Below, one piece after another: positions 32,761-45,769 of a stretch of 53,156 nt of DNA (within the stretch, counting starts at the first letter, position 1; each line of letters begins with the position of its first letter). Made by a program: the position numbers and the translations under genes. The notes under the pieces are model-generated. The model saw nothing but the letters and a program-made list of their open reading frames with translations, was not told where the DNA came from and made no database searches. The stretch is taken from NCBI GenBank assembly GCA_033762915.1, contig JANRLD010000033.1, forward strand, positions 1 through 53,156, written 5' to 3'. This stretch comes from Meiothermus sp. (GTDB lineage: Bacteria > Deinococcota > Deinococci > Deinococcales > Thermaceae).

Positions 32761-35127
32761 ATGGCAAAGGTCACTGTTAATGATAGAACCGTAGAGGTGC
32801 CGGGCGGCACCTCTGCGATGGACGCGATCTTCCACGCGTCTTATGATGTGCCGCTGTTCTGTGCCGAGAAGCACCTCTCGCCGGTGGGGGCCTGCCGGAT
32901 GTGCCTGGTCAAGACCGGCAGCCCGCGCAAAGACCCCGCCGGTAACTGGATTCTGGGTGACGACGGGCGGCCCAAGGTGTTTTGGATGCCCAAGCTGGCG
33001 GCGGCCTGTGTGACCGCCGTCACCGATGGGATGGTGATTGACACCCTGTCCGACGAAGTGAAGCACGCCCAGTCGGGGATGGTCGAGCTGACGCTCTTCA
33101 ACCACCCCCTGGACTGCCCCACCTGCGACAAGGGCGGCGCCTGCGAACTCCAAGACCGCAGCTACGAGTACGGTCTGGTGAGCAAGTTCTACCAGCCCGA
33201 CAGCGAAGAACTGCCGATGTACACCCGGTTCGAGATGACCCGGCGGCACGTGGATAAACACCACCAGCTCTCCGACTTCATCGTGCTCGACCGCGAGCGC
33301 TGCATCCACTGCAAGCGCTGTGTGCGCTACTTCGAGGAGGTGCCCGGCGACGAGGTGCTCGACTTCATCGAGCGTGGCGTCCACACCTTCATCAATACCG
33401 AGGACGACGGGCTGCCCTCCAACTTCACCGGCAACATTGTGGACATCTGCCCGGTGGGCGCGCTGCTCGACGACACCGCCCGCTTCCGCGCCCGCAACTG
33501 GGAGTACGACTCTACCGAAACCACCTCGATGGATGACGCCTCGGGCGCGGCCATTACTGTCGACGCTCGGAGCGGTCTGCTCGAGCGCATCCGAGGGGCC
33601 GAGCGCCGCGAAGTCAATGAGGTTTGGATCTCCGACGCGGCCCGTTTTGGGCACGAGTGGGTTAACCAAAACCGCGTAGCCAAACCGATGGTGCGCAAGG
33701 ATGGCAAGCTGGTCGAGGCCAGTTGGGAGGACGCACTCTCGGCCATCAAGGCCGGTCTGGCGAGCGTAGACAAGAAAAACATCGGCGTGTACCTCGGCGG
33801 TACGGCGACCCTCGAGGAAGGCTTGGCGGCGCTCGAGCTGACCACCGCCCTGGGCACCCCCCACCGCGACTTCCAGGGCCGCACCGCCTACCCCAGCGCG
33901 GTTTTTAATGCCGCGACCTTCGACGAACTGCTCGACGCGCAGTTCGTGCTGGTGCTGGGCGACCCGTCCGAGGAGGCCCCCACCCTTCACCTGCGCCTCT
34001 CGGAGTACGTGCGCGGCCTCAAACCCGCTGCCAAGTTGGGCCACGGCACTCCCTTCGCCGACCTCAACATCAAGGAGCGCATGAGCCGCGACGGCAACAA
34101 GCTGGGGCTGTTTAGCAGCTACCCTGCTGCCCTTGCCAAGTGGGCCGGGGCCTCGGGCGTGGTGGCCCCCGGAAGCGAGGCCGCCCTGATCGACGCCCTG
34201 CTGGGCAGGGGCGGGGCCCCTGCGGACCTGGGCCAGGCGGTTGCCTGGACGCAGGAAAAACTTAAGGCCAGCACCAAGACCGTTCTGCTGCTGGGCGCTG
34301 CGGTGCTCAACAACCCCGCTGCCGCCATCAAAGCCAAGCAACTCGCCGAGAAACACAACCTCAAGGCCATGTGCATGACCCCGGCGGCGAACGCCAGGGG
34401 GCTGGAATTGCTGGGCTTCTACCCCGGCAAGAACGGCGCGGGCTGGACGGAAACTGGGCCGAGGGCCAGCTACTACGGCTTCCTACCCACCGAGGCCCAG
34501 CTCAAGGCCGCAGACTTTACCGTGCTGCACCTCTCCCACAACTCCGCGCTGGCCGAGAAGTACGCCGACGTAATCCTGCCCAACCAGACCTTTTACGAGA
34601 AGCGCGGCCAGACCGTAAACCTCGAGGGGCGCGTGCTGGGCCTCGAGCCCGCCGGTATCAACAACGGCGAGGCCGACGGCGCGGTAGCGGCGCTTGGTTT
34701 GATGGCCGAGGCCGCGGGCGTGAAGACCCCCATCCGGCTCGTCCGCCAGGCTACCAAGCTCCTCGCAGAGAGGAAGGTGCCCGCCCCGATGAGCCTTTGG
34801 ACGGTCAAGGCCGCAGGTTGGAGCGCGACCGAGGCCGACGGCACCAAGGGGGCGCTGCACCTCCGCCCGACCATGTGGCGGCGCGAGCAGCTGGTGGGCG
34901 CGGTGGCGAACGTGGTTGAGTATAGACTCGAGGTCAGCCCCGCCACCGCCAAGGCCCAGGGTCTGGCCGACGGCTACCTTGTCGAGATGGAGACCCCGAG
35001 CGGGACCGAGAAGCTCGAGGTTAAGGTGGTAGATGGCCTGCCCGACGGCGCGATGTACCTCCCGGCCCTCGGCGCTTGGGCGGGCCGCAGCCTCGAGGCA
35101 AAGGTGCTGGTAGGAGGTGAAGCATGA
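32761..35127 (+). CDS. nuoG: NADH-quinone oxidoreductase subunit G (Nqo3)
   Basis: N1b/N5/N4 motifs 'GACRMC', '[17 protein letters not shown]' and 'CIHCKRC...CPVGAL'. Confidence 0.96.
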   Translation: MAKVTVNDRTVEVPGGTSAMDAIFHASYDVPLFCAEKHLSPVGACRMCLVKTGSPRKDPAGNWILGDDGRPKVFWMPKLAAACVTAVTDGMVIDTLSDEVKHAQSGMVELTLFNHPLDCPTCDKGGACELQDRSYEYGLVSKFYQPDSEELPMYTRFEMTRRHVDKHHQLSDFIVLDRERCIHCKRCVRYFEEVPGDEVLDFIERGVHTFINTEDDGLPSNFTGNIVDICPVGALLDDTARFRARNWEYDSTETTSMDDASGAAITVDARSGLLERIRGAERREVNEVWISDAARFGHEWVNQNRVAKPMVRKDGKLVEASWEDALSAIKAGLASVDKKNIGVYLGGTATLEEGLAALELTTALGTPHRDFQGRTAYPSAVFNAATFDELLDAQFVLVLGDPSEEAPTLHLRLSEYVRGLKPAAKLGHGTPFADLNIKERMSRDGNKLGLFSSYPAALAKWAGASGVVAPGSEAALIDALLGRGGAPADLGQAVAWTQEKLKASTKTVLLLGAAVLNNPAAAIKAKQLAEKHNLKAMCMTPAANARGLELLGFYPGKNGAGWTETGPRASYYGFLPTEAQLKAADFTVLHLSHNSALAEKYADVILPNQTFYEKRGQTVNLEGRVLGLEPAGINNGEADGAVAALGLMAEAAGVKTPIRLVRQATKLLAERKVPAPMSLWTVKAAGWSATEADGTKGALHLRPTMWRREQLVGAVANVVEYRLEVSPATAKAQGLADGYLVEMETPSGTEKLEVKVVDGLPDGAMYLPALGAWAGRSLEAKVLVGGEA

Positions 35128-36428
35128 ACTCGCTGCGCTTCAAAGAGGCGCGGAAAGGGGAGAGCAAAAAGGGGAAAGCAAACCCTCTGAATCTGGCATT
35201 TACCCTTCTATTTCCACTGTTCTCCTTCCTCGTCGGTAGCGTCGCCTTTGCCGCTGAAACCGCCCCGGTCTGGCCCAACCCCGACCCCTCCGTGACCGAC
35301 CCGCTGTGGATGGTAGGGATCAAGGCCTTCCTGGTGATCTTCGGGCTGTTGACTGCCTTTGCCTACATGACCCTGATCGAGCGCCGCCTGCTGGCGCGGA
35401 TTCAGATCCGGCAGGGGCCGAACCGGGTGGGCCCGGATGGGCTGCTGCAGCCGCTGGCGGACGCGATCAAGTCCATCCTCAAAGAGGACATCGTCCCCCG
35501 GGCCTCGGACAAAGTGGTGTTCTGGCTAGCCCCGGCCATCTCGGTGACGTTCGCGGTGCTGACCTTCGGGCTGATCCCCTTTGGCCCCAACAACGCCTTC
35601 TTCGGCTTCGACCCCTGGGTGATCAACCTCGACGTGGGGATTCTCTACATCTTCGCGGTCTCCGAGGTCGCCATCTACGGTATCTTCCTGGCGGGCTGGG
35701 CCTCCAACTCCAAGTACTCGCTGCTCGGCTCGCTGCGCTCCTCGGCCGCGCTCATCTCCTACGAGCTGGCCCTGGGTATCAGCCTTCTGGCCCCGCTCCT
35801 GATTGTGGGCTCGCTGAACCTACAGACCATTGTGGAGTGGCAGCACCAGAACGGTTGGCTGGTGCTCTACGCGCTTCCCGCCGCGGTTATCTTCCTGCTA
35901 ACCAGCATGGCCGAGGCCGCCCGCACCCCCTTCGACCTCCCCGAGGCCGAGCAAGAGCTGGTGGGCGGCTACGCCACCGAGTACAGCTCAATTAAGTGGG
36001 CGCTGTTCCAGATGGCCGAGTACATCCACCTGATTACCGCCGCTGCGCTCATCCCCACCATCTTCCTGGGCGGCTGGCGCATGCCGGGCTTCATGGCCGA
36101 AATCCCCCTGATCGGCCCGCTGTTTGCCCTGCCCTTTGTGTGGATGTTCGCCAAGATCGCACTGTTCCTGTTCTTCTTCATCTGGGTGCGCGGCACGCTG
36201 TTCCGGCTGCGCTACGATCAGCTGATGGTCTTTAGCTGGGGCCGCCTGTTTCCCTTCGCCCTGGCCTGGTTTATCGTGACCGCTTTCGTGGTCGCCTTTA
36301 AGCTGCCCGTCGCCGTGCTGGGCTGGCTCTCGCTGGCGAGCATGATCGCCTTCTCCATCTACGTGGTTCTCAACGCCCAGCCGAAGCCCGCTTCGGCCCG
36401 GATGATGCGGACGGGAGCCGGCGACTGA
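35124..36428 (+). CDS. nuoH: NADH-quinone oxidoreductase subunit H (Nqo8) with N-terminal extension
   Basis: '[19 protein letters not shown]' and '[16 protein letters not shown]'; ATG overlaps the nuoG stop, after GGAGG. Confidence 0.95.
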   Translation: MNSLRFKEARKGESKKGKANPLNLAFTLLFPLFSFLVGSVAFAAETAPVWPNPDPSVTDPLWMVGIKAFLVIFGLLTAFAYMTLIERRLLARIQIRQGPNRVGPDGLLQPLADAIKSILKEDIVPRASDKVVFWLAPAISVTFAVLTFGLIPFGPNNAFFGFDPWVINLDVGILYIFAVSEVAIYGIFLAGWASNSKYSLLGSLRSSAALISYELALGISLLAPLLIVGSLNLQTIVEWQHQNGWLVLYALPAAVIFLLTSMAEAARTPFDLPEAEQELVGGYATEYSSIKWALFQMAEYIHLITAAALIPTIFLGGWRMPGFMAEIPLIGPLFALPFVWMFAKIALFLFFFIWVRGTLFRLRYDQLMVFSWGRLFPFALAWFIVTAFVVAFKLPVAVLGWLSLASMIAFSIYVVLNAQPKPASARMMRTGAGD

Positions 36429-36501
36429 GAGCGGTAGGTCGTACGCAAATCCACAAGACCGTACGAGGTACGACGTACGGACGCGACTGAAAGGAGCACC
36501 A

Positions 36502-37047
36502 ATGAGCATCGCCGCACTCGCGCAAAGCATGGGCATCACGCTCAAGGCTTTGTTTTCTAAACCCGTCACGGTTCCCTACCCCGATGCGCCCGTGGCGCTG
36601 AAGCCACGTTTTCACGGTCGGCACGTTTTGACCCGCCACCCCAACGGCCTCGAGAAGTGCATTGGCTGTTCGCTGTGCGCGGCGGCCTGCCCGGCCTACG
36701 CGATCTACGTCGAGGCCGCCGAGAACGACCCGGCCAACCCAACCTCGGCGGGCGAGCGCTACGCCAAGGTTTACGAGATCAACATGCTGCGCTGCATCTT
36801 CTGTGGGCTGTGCGAGGAGGCCTGCCCCACCGGCGCGGTGGTGATGGGCTACGATTTCGAGATGGCCGACTACCGCTACTCCGACTTTGTCTACGGCAAA
36901 GAGGACATGCTAGTAGATACCAAGGGTACCAAGCCCCAGCGCCGCGACTCCCAGTACCACGGCAAGGACGTGAAGCGTAACTACACCGTCCCCTACGTGC
37001 GGGCCGAGCTCGAGGGCGTAGACGCCCCGATGCGAAAGAAGGGATAG
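36502..37047 (+). CDS. nuoI: NADH-quinone oxidoreductase subunit I (Nqo9)
   Basis: Two CxxCxxCxxxCP motifs. Confidence 0.97.
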   Translation: MSIAALAQSMGITLKALFSKPVTVPYPDAPVALKPRFHGRHVLTRHPNGLEKCIGCSLCAAACPAYAIYVEAAENDPANPTSAGERYAKVYEINMLRCIFCGLCEEACPTGAVVMGYDFEMADYRYSDFVYGKEDMLVDTKGTKPQRRDSQYHGKDVKRNYTVPYVRAELEGVDAPMRKKG

Positions 37048-37489
37048 CGGGGGAACCGGGGAGCAAAAGAGGTTCAAGGCGATGTGCCAACCCCAAAGCC
37101 TTGGAGCCTCGAGCCCAAACCCCGAAACCACCTCAACGGTGAGCGGTGCCATTGAGGGCGCAACCGGGCGGGGCGAAGAATCTCTGAAGGCCGGGTCGCC
37201 AATGTCGAGCGTAGTTGGCCGAACTCCGAACGAGACCTCCTTCGGCTGGGCGTCCCAAAGAACCATGGCGGTTGGTGAAGGAAGCTGCAGGGCGGGGGAA
37301 CCTCGAGCCAAACGCGTTTTGGCCTACGACTTTAGACCTGCGATCCGCCGCGTTTCCCCGGGCTCCCGACCCCTGGCTCCCGACCCTCGACCGCCCTCGG
37401 CAAATGTGCCTTTTTGAACAAACAAAGGGTATGATTCTACGCGATATGAAAGTGGTAGACGACAACAAAGACTCGAGAGGGGGGATTGG

Positions 37490-38074
37490 ATGAACTTTAG
37501 CGGAGTTGAAATCCTCGCCCTGGTGCTGCTGGTGGGGACGGCGGTCATGGTGGTGCGGCTAGGCAACGCCGTACACGCCGCGCTGGCCCTGATTGCCAAT
37601 TTTCTGGTGGTGGCGGGGGTGTACGTGGCGCTGGAGGCGCGGTTCGTGGCGATGACGCAGATCATCGTGTACGCGGGCGCTATCGTGGTGCTGTGCCTGT
37701 TCGTGATCATGCTCCTTTCGGCGGCCAAGGCCAACATCGGGGCGGAGATCATGCCGGCGCTGCCATGGGTTGGGCTGGTGGGCGCGATCGGGCTGGCGGC
37801 GGTGCTGATCTTCGCCGTGACCCGCTTCCAGCCTGCGGGCAACGTCCCTGCGCTGAACGGCGGGCTGCCGCAGGCCCTGGGGCCGCTGCTCTACGACCCC
37901 AACCGCTGGCTCTACGCCCTCCTGGTGGTGGGGTTCTTGCTGCTGGTGGCGACGGTGGCGGCGGTGGTGTTGGTGGAGCCTGAGCGCATCATCAAGGCCA
38001 CGGGGCACGCCGCGCACCCCGAGGGCGACGGCGAGCCCAAACCGGCTAAAGAGAAAGAGGTGGTCAAGCAATGA
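37490..38074 (+). CDS. nuoJ: NADH-quinone oxidoreductase subunit J (Nqo10)
   Basis: 'QIIVYAGAIVVLCLFVIML'. Confidence 0.95.
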   Translation: MNFSGVEILALVLLVGTAVMVVRLGNAVHAALALIANFLVVAGVYVALEARFVAMTQIIVYAGAIVVLCLFVIMLLSAAKANIGAEIMPALPWVGLVGAIGLAAVLIFAVTRFQPAGNVPALNGGLPQALGPLLYDPNRWLYALLVVGFLLLVATVAAVVLVEPERIIKATGHAAHPEGDGEPKPAKEKEVVKQ

Positions 38075-38361
38075 TTTGGCTAATCACCTCGGCGTTAATG
38101 TTCGCGGTGGGGGCTTACGGGGCGCTTACCCGTCGCACTGCAATTCTGGTTTTTCTGTCGGTCGAGCTGATGCTCAACGCCTCGGCGCTGGCCCTGATTG
38201 CGTTCTCCAACCTCACGGGGAGCCTCGAGCCTCAGGTGGTGGTGCTCTTCGTGATCGCCATCGCGGCTGCCGAGGTGGCGGTGGGGCTGGGCTTGATTGT
38301 GGCCATCTTCCGCAGGCGCGAAACCACCAGCGTGGACGACCTGAGACAGCTAAGGGGGTAA
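38071..38361 (+). CDS. nuoK: NADH-quinone oxidoreductase subunit K (Nqo11)
   Basis: 'VELMLNA' and 'AAAEVAVGLGL'. Confidence 0.96.
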   Translation: MIWLITSALMFAVGAYGALTRRTAILVFLSVELMLNASALALIAFSNLTGSLEPQVVVLFVIAIAAAEVAVGLGLIVAIFRRRETTSVDDLRQLRG

Positions 38362-38365
38362 GTGA

Positions 38366-40197
<1,832 letters not shown>

Positions 40198-40201
<4 letters not shown>

Positions 40202-41628
40202 GCGCCCTCCTCCATATCGCCCTCTGGCTGCCCGCAGTCGCCGGCATCCTCCTGCTGCTCGTCCCGTCCTTTGGCCGGAGCTTCGCGGTGGTGGCCTCGG
40301 CCCTCACCCTGGCTATCTCGGTCGTACTCTTCGCGGGCTACAACGGCGAGGGGGTGGCCTACTACAGCCAGACCCCGTTCCTGCAAGAAGTCGGGGTCTA
40401 CTATGCGGTCGGGCTGGACGGCTCGGGCTTTCTGCTGTGGATCGCAGTGAGCCTCACCGTACTCCTGGGCGTCTGGATCGCGGATGTCCCCAGCCGCTTC
40501 CTGGCCCTCACCCTGATCATGCAGACCGGTCTGTTGGGCATCTTCGCCGCCCAGGACCTGATCCTGTTCTACGCCTTCTTCGAGGCCACCCTGATTCCCT
40601 CGCTGATGATGCTGTGGCTGTACGGTGGGCAGGATCGTCTCAGGGCCATCTACACCTTCGCCATCTTCACCCTGGTCGGCTCACTGCCGATGCTGGCCTC
40701 GATACTGGCGGTGCGCTACCTGGGCGGGGCGGACAGCTTCCTCTACACCGCGCTGGTGTCGAGCCCGCTCACCGGAACCGCCGCGACCGTGGCCTTTCTG
40801 GGCTTCCTGATCGCGCTGGCGGTCAAGACCCCGCTCTTCCCGCTGCACGCCTGGCTGCCCAGCTTCCACCAACAGAACCACCCCTCCGGCCTCGCCGACG
40901 CGATGGGGACGCTGTACAAGGTGGGCATCTTCGCCTTCTTCAAGTGGGCCATCCCGGTCATGCCGCAGGGCTTCGAGTATTGGCAGGGCCTCTTGATCGG
41001 CCTAGCGGCCTTCAGCGCAATTTACGGGGCATGGATCGCTTTTAGTGCACCAGACTGGAAGACCTTGCTGGCCTACGGCGGTGTCTCGCACATGGGCATC
41101 GGGGCGCTGGGTATCTTCGCGGGGAACATGGAGGGCGTCGTCGGCGGCCTATACCTGCTGGGCGCTTCGATGGTCTACGGCGGCGCTATGTTCCTCTTTG
41201 TGGGGCTGGTCTACAAGCGGACGGGGAGCCTCGAGTTCACCCCCATCCGCGGCCTCGCCAAGCACGCCCCTCAGCTCTACGTGCTGGGCATGTTCCTGGT
41301 GATGGCGATGATCGGCCTCCCCGGCCTCTCCGGCTTTCCCGGCGAGCTGATGGCCCTCCTGGGTGCCTACAAGGCCAGCCCCTGGGCAACCTTCGTGGCC
41401 TTCACCGCCGTGATCGCGGGCGCCGCCTACGCCCTCACCGCATTCCAAAAGGTTTTCCAGGAGACCCCTCAGCCCCAGAGCGTCCCCGACCTCGACCGCC
41501 GCGAGTGGACTTTCGGGGCCGTCACTATCGCGGTGCTCCTGCTGATGGGCCTCTACCCCAAGCTCTTCACCGACCACCTCGAGCCCCTGGGCCGGGCGAT
41601 CGCCGCGCTGTTCGGGGGTGCGTCATGA
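40198..41628 (+). CDS. nuoM: NADH-quinone oxidoreductase subunit M (Nqo13)
   Basis: 'FFEATLIP', '[13 protein letters not shown]' and '[11 protein letters not shown]'; ATGA overlap with nuoL. Confidence 0.96.
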
Positions 41629-41785
41629 CGCGCCGCCACGCTTCGGGGGGAGGGAGCAAGGGTAGTGGAGGATGGATGCCCAAGGGGGTATCCGCCGACC
41701 CCGCTATGCTCTTTGGGCGCTCCTCTTTTCTCGCCTTTGGCCCACCGCTCTCCGCTCCCCGCGCTTTGCCCAAAGGAGGCGATGT

Positions 41786-43798
41786 ATGCTCACGCTAATC
41801 ACCCTCGCCGCCTTCTCCACCGTCCTCTCGCTGCTGGCCTTTGTCGTCTCGAGGGAAGCCAACCGCTGGATCACTGTGCTGGGTTTGACGCTCGCGGCCA
41901 TCTTCCTGGTGGTGGGGTGGGGGCAGACGGAGACCGCCTTCAACGGGATGTACACGCTGGACACCATGGGCCGTGCCCTCACCCTGATCTCGATACTGGG
42001 CGGGTTGTGGGCGCTGCTGCTAGGGCCAGCCAAAAAGTTCGAGTTCCCACTTCTGATCATCTACGCGGTGGCGGGAATGCACGTGATGGCCTCCACACCC
42101 AACATCGTGGTGCTGCTGATCGCGCTCGAGGTCTTCTCGCTGCCGCTGTACGTGCTGGCTACCTGGCAGCGCGACAACAAGGGTTTCGAGGCGGGCCTTA
42201 AGTATTTCCTGCTGGGCGCGGTGGCGGCGGCAATGTTCCTTTATGGCATTGCGCTCTACTACGGCGCAACCGGAACCTTTAATGCCGGAGCCGAGGGCTC
42301 GGGTGCGCTCTACACGGCCGGCCTGATGCTGATGCTGGCGGCGCTCTCCTTCAAGGTGGCGCTGGTGCCCTTCCAGTGGTGGACGCCCGACGTGTACCAG
42401 GGCAGCCCCACGGTGGTCACGCTGTTCATGGCCACGGCGGTTAAGGCGGCTGCCTTCGCGGCCATGCTCCGCATCTTCACCCCGCAGGGGATTGAAGCCT
42501 GGGGCATCGGCCTGGCGGTCCTGATCGCCCTCACCACTATTTTCGGAAATCTCGGGGCGCTGGCCCAGACCGAGGCCAAGCGCCTGTTCGCCTACTCCTC
42601 GATCGCCAACGCAGGCTACATCGCGCTGGGCCTTTACGGTCCCACCGGCCAGGCCAGCGTGCCCTTCTACCTCCTCACCTACGGGCTTGGCACCGGCATC
42701 ATCTTTGCGGTGCTGGCGATGCTCTCCAACCAGGACGTGCCCCTCGAGCGCCTCAAGGGCCTGTGGTACCGCAAGCCGCTGATGGCGGGCGCGATGGGCC
42801 TTTCCATCCTCTCGCTGCTGGGCCTGCCGCCGCTGGCGGGCTTCTGGGGCAAGTATCTGGTCTTCCAGGAAGCTGCCCAGGCGGGCTACTACGCGCTGGT
42901 GGTGCTGGCGCTGGTCACCTCGGCCATCTCGGCCTACTACTACCTCAAGACCTTCTTCCTCCTGTTTAGCAAATCCACCGACCACAACGAAGCCGAAGAC
43001 CGCGAGGGCGAGCTGGCGACCAGCCGTTTCGGCAGTTCCGAGGCCGTGGACAACGCTGCGGCGGCCCCGATGGGGCTGAGCGGGGCGCTGATGGTTCCGG
43101 CCGCCAAGGCCAGTACCGGGGCGCTGGGCATTCTGTGGTCGGCGCTGGTGTTGCTGGGGCTGCTCTCGCTCCTGCCGGGGCTGGGCTTGAGCGCGTTTAG
43201 CGTGGGGCTGCCCGCGGTGGCGGCCGCGCCCCAGCTTCGGGCCACCCCTCAGCCGGTGTTCGCCACCCCCCAGGCGGGTGCCGAGGTTTCGGGCGCGGGC
43301 TTCGAGCTTCGGGGAACCTATCAGCCCAACCAAGCGGTCGAGGTGTTCGAGGACGGCGTGAGTATCGGGCGCAGCACCCCCGACGCCCGGGGGGTTTGGA
43401 CGCTGCAAGCCCCACCGCCGCAGAGCCAGAACCCGGTCTATGAGGTGCGGGCGGTGGGTCAGGCGCTCGGCTCGAGCCCCCTCGCCCGCGTGAGCCTGCG
43501 CGTAGCCGCAGCCAGCGGCGCGGCCTGCACGGCGGCCTTCTCGCTGGCCAACCTGCAGGACGGCGCGACACTCTCCCGCCCCTTCCGCTTCGGCGGGGTC
43601 GGTTCGGCGAGCAGCTACACCGTCACGGTCAAGCGCGGCGAGCGGGTCGTCGGCACCAAGCCCCTCCCTCTTAACGCCTCCTGCGGCTGGGGCTACCTAT
43701 CCAACCCCGGCGTCGGCCCCGTCACCTACGAACTGCGCGAGACTGGCGCCGCCGCCGATAGCCCGCCGCTGCGGGTGATTAACTTGGTCGTGCAGTAG
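41786..43798 (+). CDS. nuoN: NADH-quinone oxidoreductase subunit N (Nqo14) with C-terminal soluble extension
   Basis: 'EAGLKYFLLG', 'FKVALVPFQWWTPDVYQGSP' and 'GLPPLAGFWGK'; 670 aa from the ATG after AAAGGAGG. Confidence 0.94.
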   Translation: MLTLITLAAFSTVLSLLAFVVSREANRWITVLGLTLAAIFLVVGWGQTETAFNGMYTLDTMGRALTLISILGGLWALLLGPAKKFEFPLLIIYAVAGMHVMASTPNIVVLLIALEVFSLPLYVLATWQRDNKGFEAGLKYFLLGAVAAAMFLYGIALYYGATGTFNAGAEGSGALYTAGLMLMLAALSFKVALVPFQWWTPDVYQGSPTVVTLFMATAVKAAAFAAMLRIFTPQGIEAWGIGLAVLIALTTIFGNLGALAQTEAKRLFAYSSIANAGYIALGLYGPTGQASVPFYLLTYGLGTGIIFAVLAMLSNQDVPLERLKGLWYRKPLMAGAMGLSILSLLGLPPLAGFWGKYLVFQEAAQAGYYALVVLALVTSAISAYYYLKTFFLLFSKSTDHNEAEDREGELATSRFGSSEAVDNAAAAPMGLSGALMVPAAKASTGALGILWSALVLLGLLSLLPGLGLSAFSVGLPAVAAAPQLRATPQPVFATPQAGAEVSGAGFELRGTYQPNQAVEVFEDGVSIGRSTPDARGVWTLQAPPPQSQNPVYEVRAVGQALGSSPLARVSLRVAAASGAACTAAFSLANLQDGATLSRPFRFGGVGSASSYTVTVKRGERVVGTKPLPLNASCGWGYLSNPGVGPVTYELRETGAAADSPPLRVINLVVQ

Positions 43799-43831
43799 GT
43801 CGGCTGAGAGTCAAGCGCAAAGACAAAACAT

Positions 43832-43871
43832 GGGCCGGAGGTCGCCGCAGACCTCCGGCCCGGAACTTTTT
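43832..43871 (+). terminator. Terminator of the nuo operon
   Basis: Perfect 12-bp stem GGGCCGGAGGTC / GACCTCCGGCCC with a downstream T-run. Confidence 0.65.
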
Positions 43872-44129
43872 GGGCTGTGCCCGGGTTGGGCCTGCGGGCT
43901 GCGGCCGGGAATGTCCGAAGGGGACGGTGCAGGGTGTGCAGTTGACCGGTTTGCCGGTTGGGACAACCTACCTGGCACAATCTTTTGGGGCGCGTGTTGA
44001 GTTTGCCGGTGCTTGTCCCGCAAATGCCGTAGGGGGACGAACTTCAGATTGCAGGTCACGAGTCCGGCGGCAAGACTCGAGGCTGCCGAGCCAAACCCCA
44101 GTGGCCTCTGCACCGGCTCTTAGCCCCGC

Positions 44130-44945
44130 TCACAGCCCCTCGAATAGGTCTCCCAGTGGCCAGTTGGGGATCGCGCCCCGTGTCCCGCCCAGCGAGAAAA
44201 ACTCCTTTGAGAACATCTGCTCCATCTGGGCGCGGCGCTCGGGGGGCACGGCGTCGCTGGTGAGCTGGGCGAACTGTGAGCGGTGGGCTCTGGCCGCCGC
44301 CATTTTCTGCGGCACGTAGGCGCTCACATCGACGGTGAGGGCCAGGGTGTTGGGGTGGACGCCGTAGAGGGTGGGCTCGAGGCCTCCCACGATGCTGTCG
44401 CGCTGCTGGGACTGCTGCATCTGAATCATGCGCTCAATCGTCCAGGCGCTGTAGAAGAGGCGCCTGGGCGGGCTGGGCAGGTGGCCGGTGGAGTAGAAGG
44501 CGGCGGTGGCGGCGCGGTGGATGACCAGGTGGTCGGGGTGGCCGTAGCCGCCGTGGGGGTCGAAGGTGATCATCACCGTGGGCTGCACCCGCTCGATCAC
44601 CTCGCGGATGGTCTGCTCGACTTCGAACAGGCTGGCGTTGTGCAGCGCCTTGGGGTCGTCGCGGCGGAGCCGCTCGTTGCGCCCGGAGTCGTGCCAGCCG
44701 AGAAAGATCGGGGCTTCGACCCCCAGGGCGGCGCAGGAGAGCTCGAGTTCTTTGGTACGAACCGCCGCCATGTCGAGGTTCTCCCCCAAGGAAGGGTCTT
44801 TGAGTTGCCCGGCCTCGCCTCTGGTGGCGCAGGCCAGATAGACCTTGTAGCCCAGCTTGGCATAGTGGGCCATCACCCCACCGGTGGGGAAGGCTTCGTC
44901 GTCGGGGTGGGCGAACACCACCAGCAGCGTGGGGAGATGACTCAT
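44130..44945 (-). CDS. PIG-L/LmbE family deacetylase (BshB/MshB-like)
   Basis: 'FAHPDDE', 'ATRGEAG', 'GGYGHPDH' and 'AHRSQF'. Confidence 0.9.
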   Translation of the reverse strand: MSHLPTLLVVFAHPDDEAFPTGGVMAHYAKLGYKVYLACATRGEAGQLKDPSLGENLDMAAVRTKELELSCAALGVEAPIFLGWHDSGRNERLRRDDPKALHNASLFEVEQTIREVIERVQPTVMITFDPHGGYGHPDHLVIHRAATAAFYSTGHLPSPPRRLFYSAWTIERMIQMQQSQQRDSIVGGLEPTLYGVHPNTLALTVDVSAYVPQKMAAARAHRSQFAQLTSDAVPPERRAQMEQMFSKEFFSLGGTRGAIPNWPLGDLFEGL

Positions 44946-45067
44946 GCGGGGATTCTACCCAAAGAATGAGCCGGGTACTGGGTCGGGGAATGGCCGCAGA
45001 CCGCCGTGCCCGGGTCGAGAGACCAGAGCTGCCGTGGCCTCCGGCGTTTTGCGATACGATGTCCCGC

Positions 45068-45769
45068 GTGTTAGTGATACCGGCGGTGGACATCCAGGGC
45101 GGGCGGGCGGTGCGGCTGTTTGAGGGCGACCCTGACCAAGAGACGGTGTACTTTGAGAACCCATTGGACGCGGCGCTGCACTGGCAGGCCCAGGGGGCTA
45201 AGCTGCTACACCTGGTTGACCTCGACGCGGCGACAGGACGGGGCGAGAACCGCGCCGCGCTGGCTGCGATCGCGCAGGCGGTGAAGACCCCCTTCGAGGT
45301 GGGCGGCGGCGTGCGCAGCTTGGAGGCCGCCCGGGCCTTGCTCGAGCTGGGGGCGGCTCGAGTCGTCGTAGGCACGGCGGCGGTTAAAGCGCCTGAGGTC
45401 TTGGCGGCGATGCTGGAGGCGTTCGGCCCGGAAAGGGTCGTCGTCTCGCTCGACGCCAGGGGCTTGGAGGTGGTGGTGTCTGGCTGGGCCGAGGGGACGG
45501 CTCTGGACGTGCGGGAGTTGGAGAAAACCATGTGGGCGGCGGGCGTTCGCACGCTGATCTATACCGACGTTCGCCGCGACGGAACCTTGCAGGGCCTGGA
45601 CCTGGGCGTGGTGGCCGAGGTGCGGAAGGCATGGCCGGGCTTTCTGATTGCGGGCGGCGGGATTGCTACCGACGCCGACATCGAGGGGTTGGAGGCGCTC
45701 GAGGTCGAGGGTGCGATCACCGGAAAGGCGATCTATGAGGGGCGCATTGACCTGCGGAGGTGGGTCTGA
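45068..45769 (+). CDS. hisA: ProFAR isomerase HisA
   Basis: 'IPAVDIQGGRAVRL', 'HLVDLDAA', 'VGGGVRS', 'YTDVRRDGTLQG' and 'GKAIYEG'; GTG start inferred 7 nt after TACGAT. Confidence 0.95.
   Translation: MLVIPAVDIQGGRAVRLFEGDPDQETVYFENPLDAALHWQAQGAKLLHLVDLDAATGRGENRAALAAIAQAVKTPFEVGGGVRSLEAARALLELGAARVVVGTAAVKAPEVLAAMLEAFGPERVVVSLDARGLEVVVSGWAEGTALDVRELEKTMWAAGVRTLIYTDVRRDGTLQGLDLGVVAEVRKAWPGFLIAGGGIATDADIEGLEALEVEGAITGKAIYEGRIDLRRWV

Noticed and set aside
29442..34356. 578-aa and 717-aa minus-strand ORFs
   Set aside because: Antisense to nuoD/E and nuoF/G, with no recognisable motifs.
41672..41785. N-terminal extension of NuoN
   Set aside because: A strong SD (AAAGGAGG) precedes ATG 41786; the upstream part is repeat spacer.
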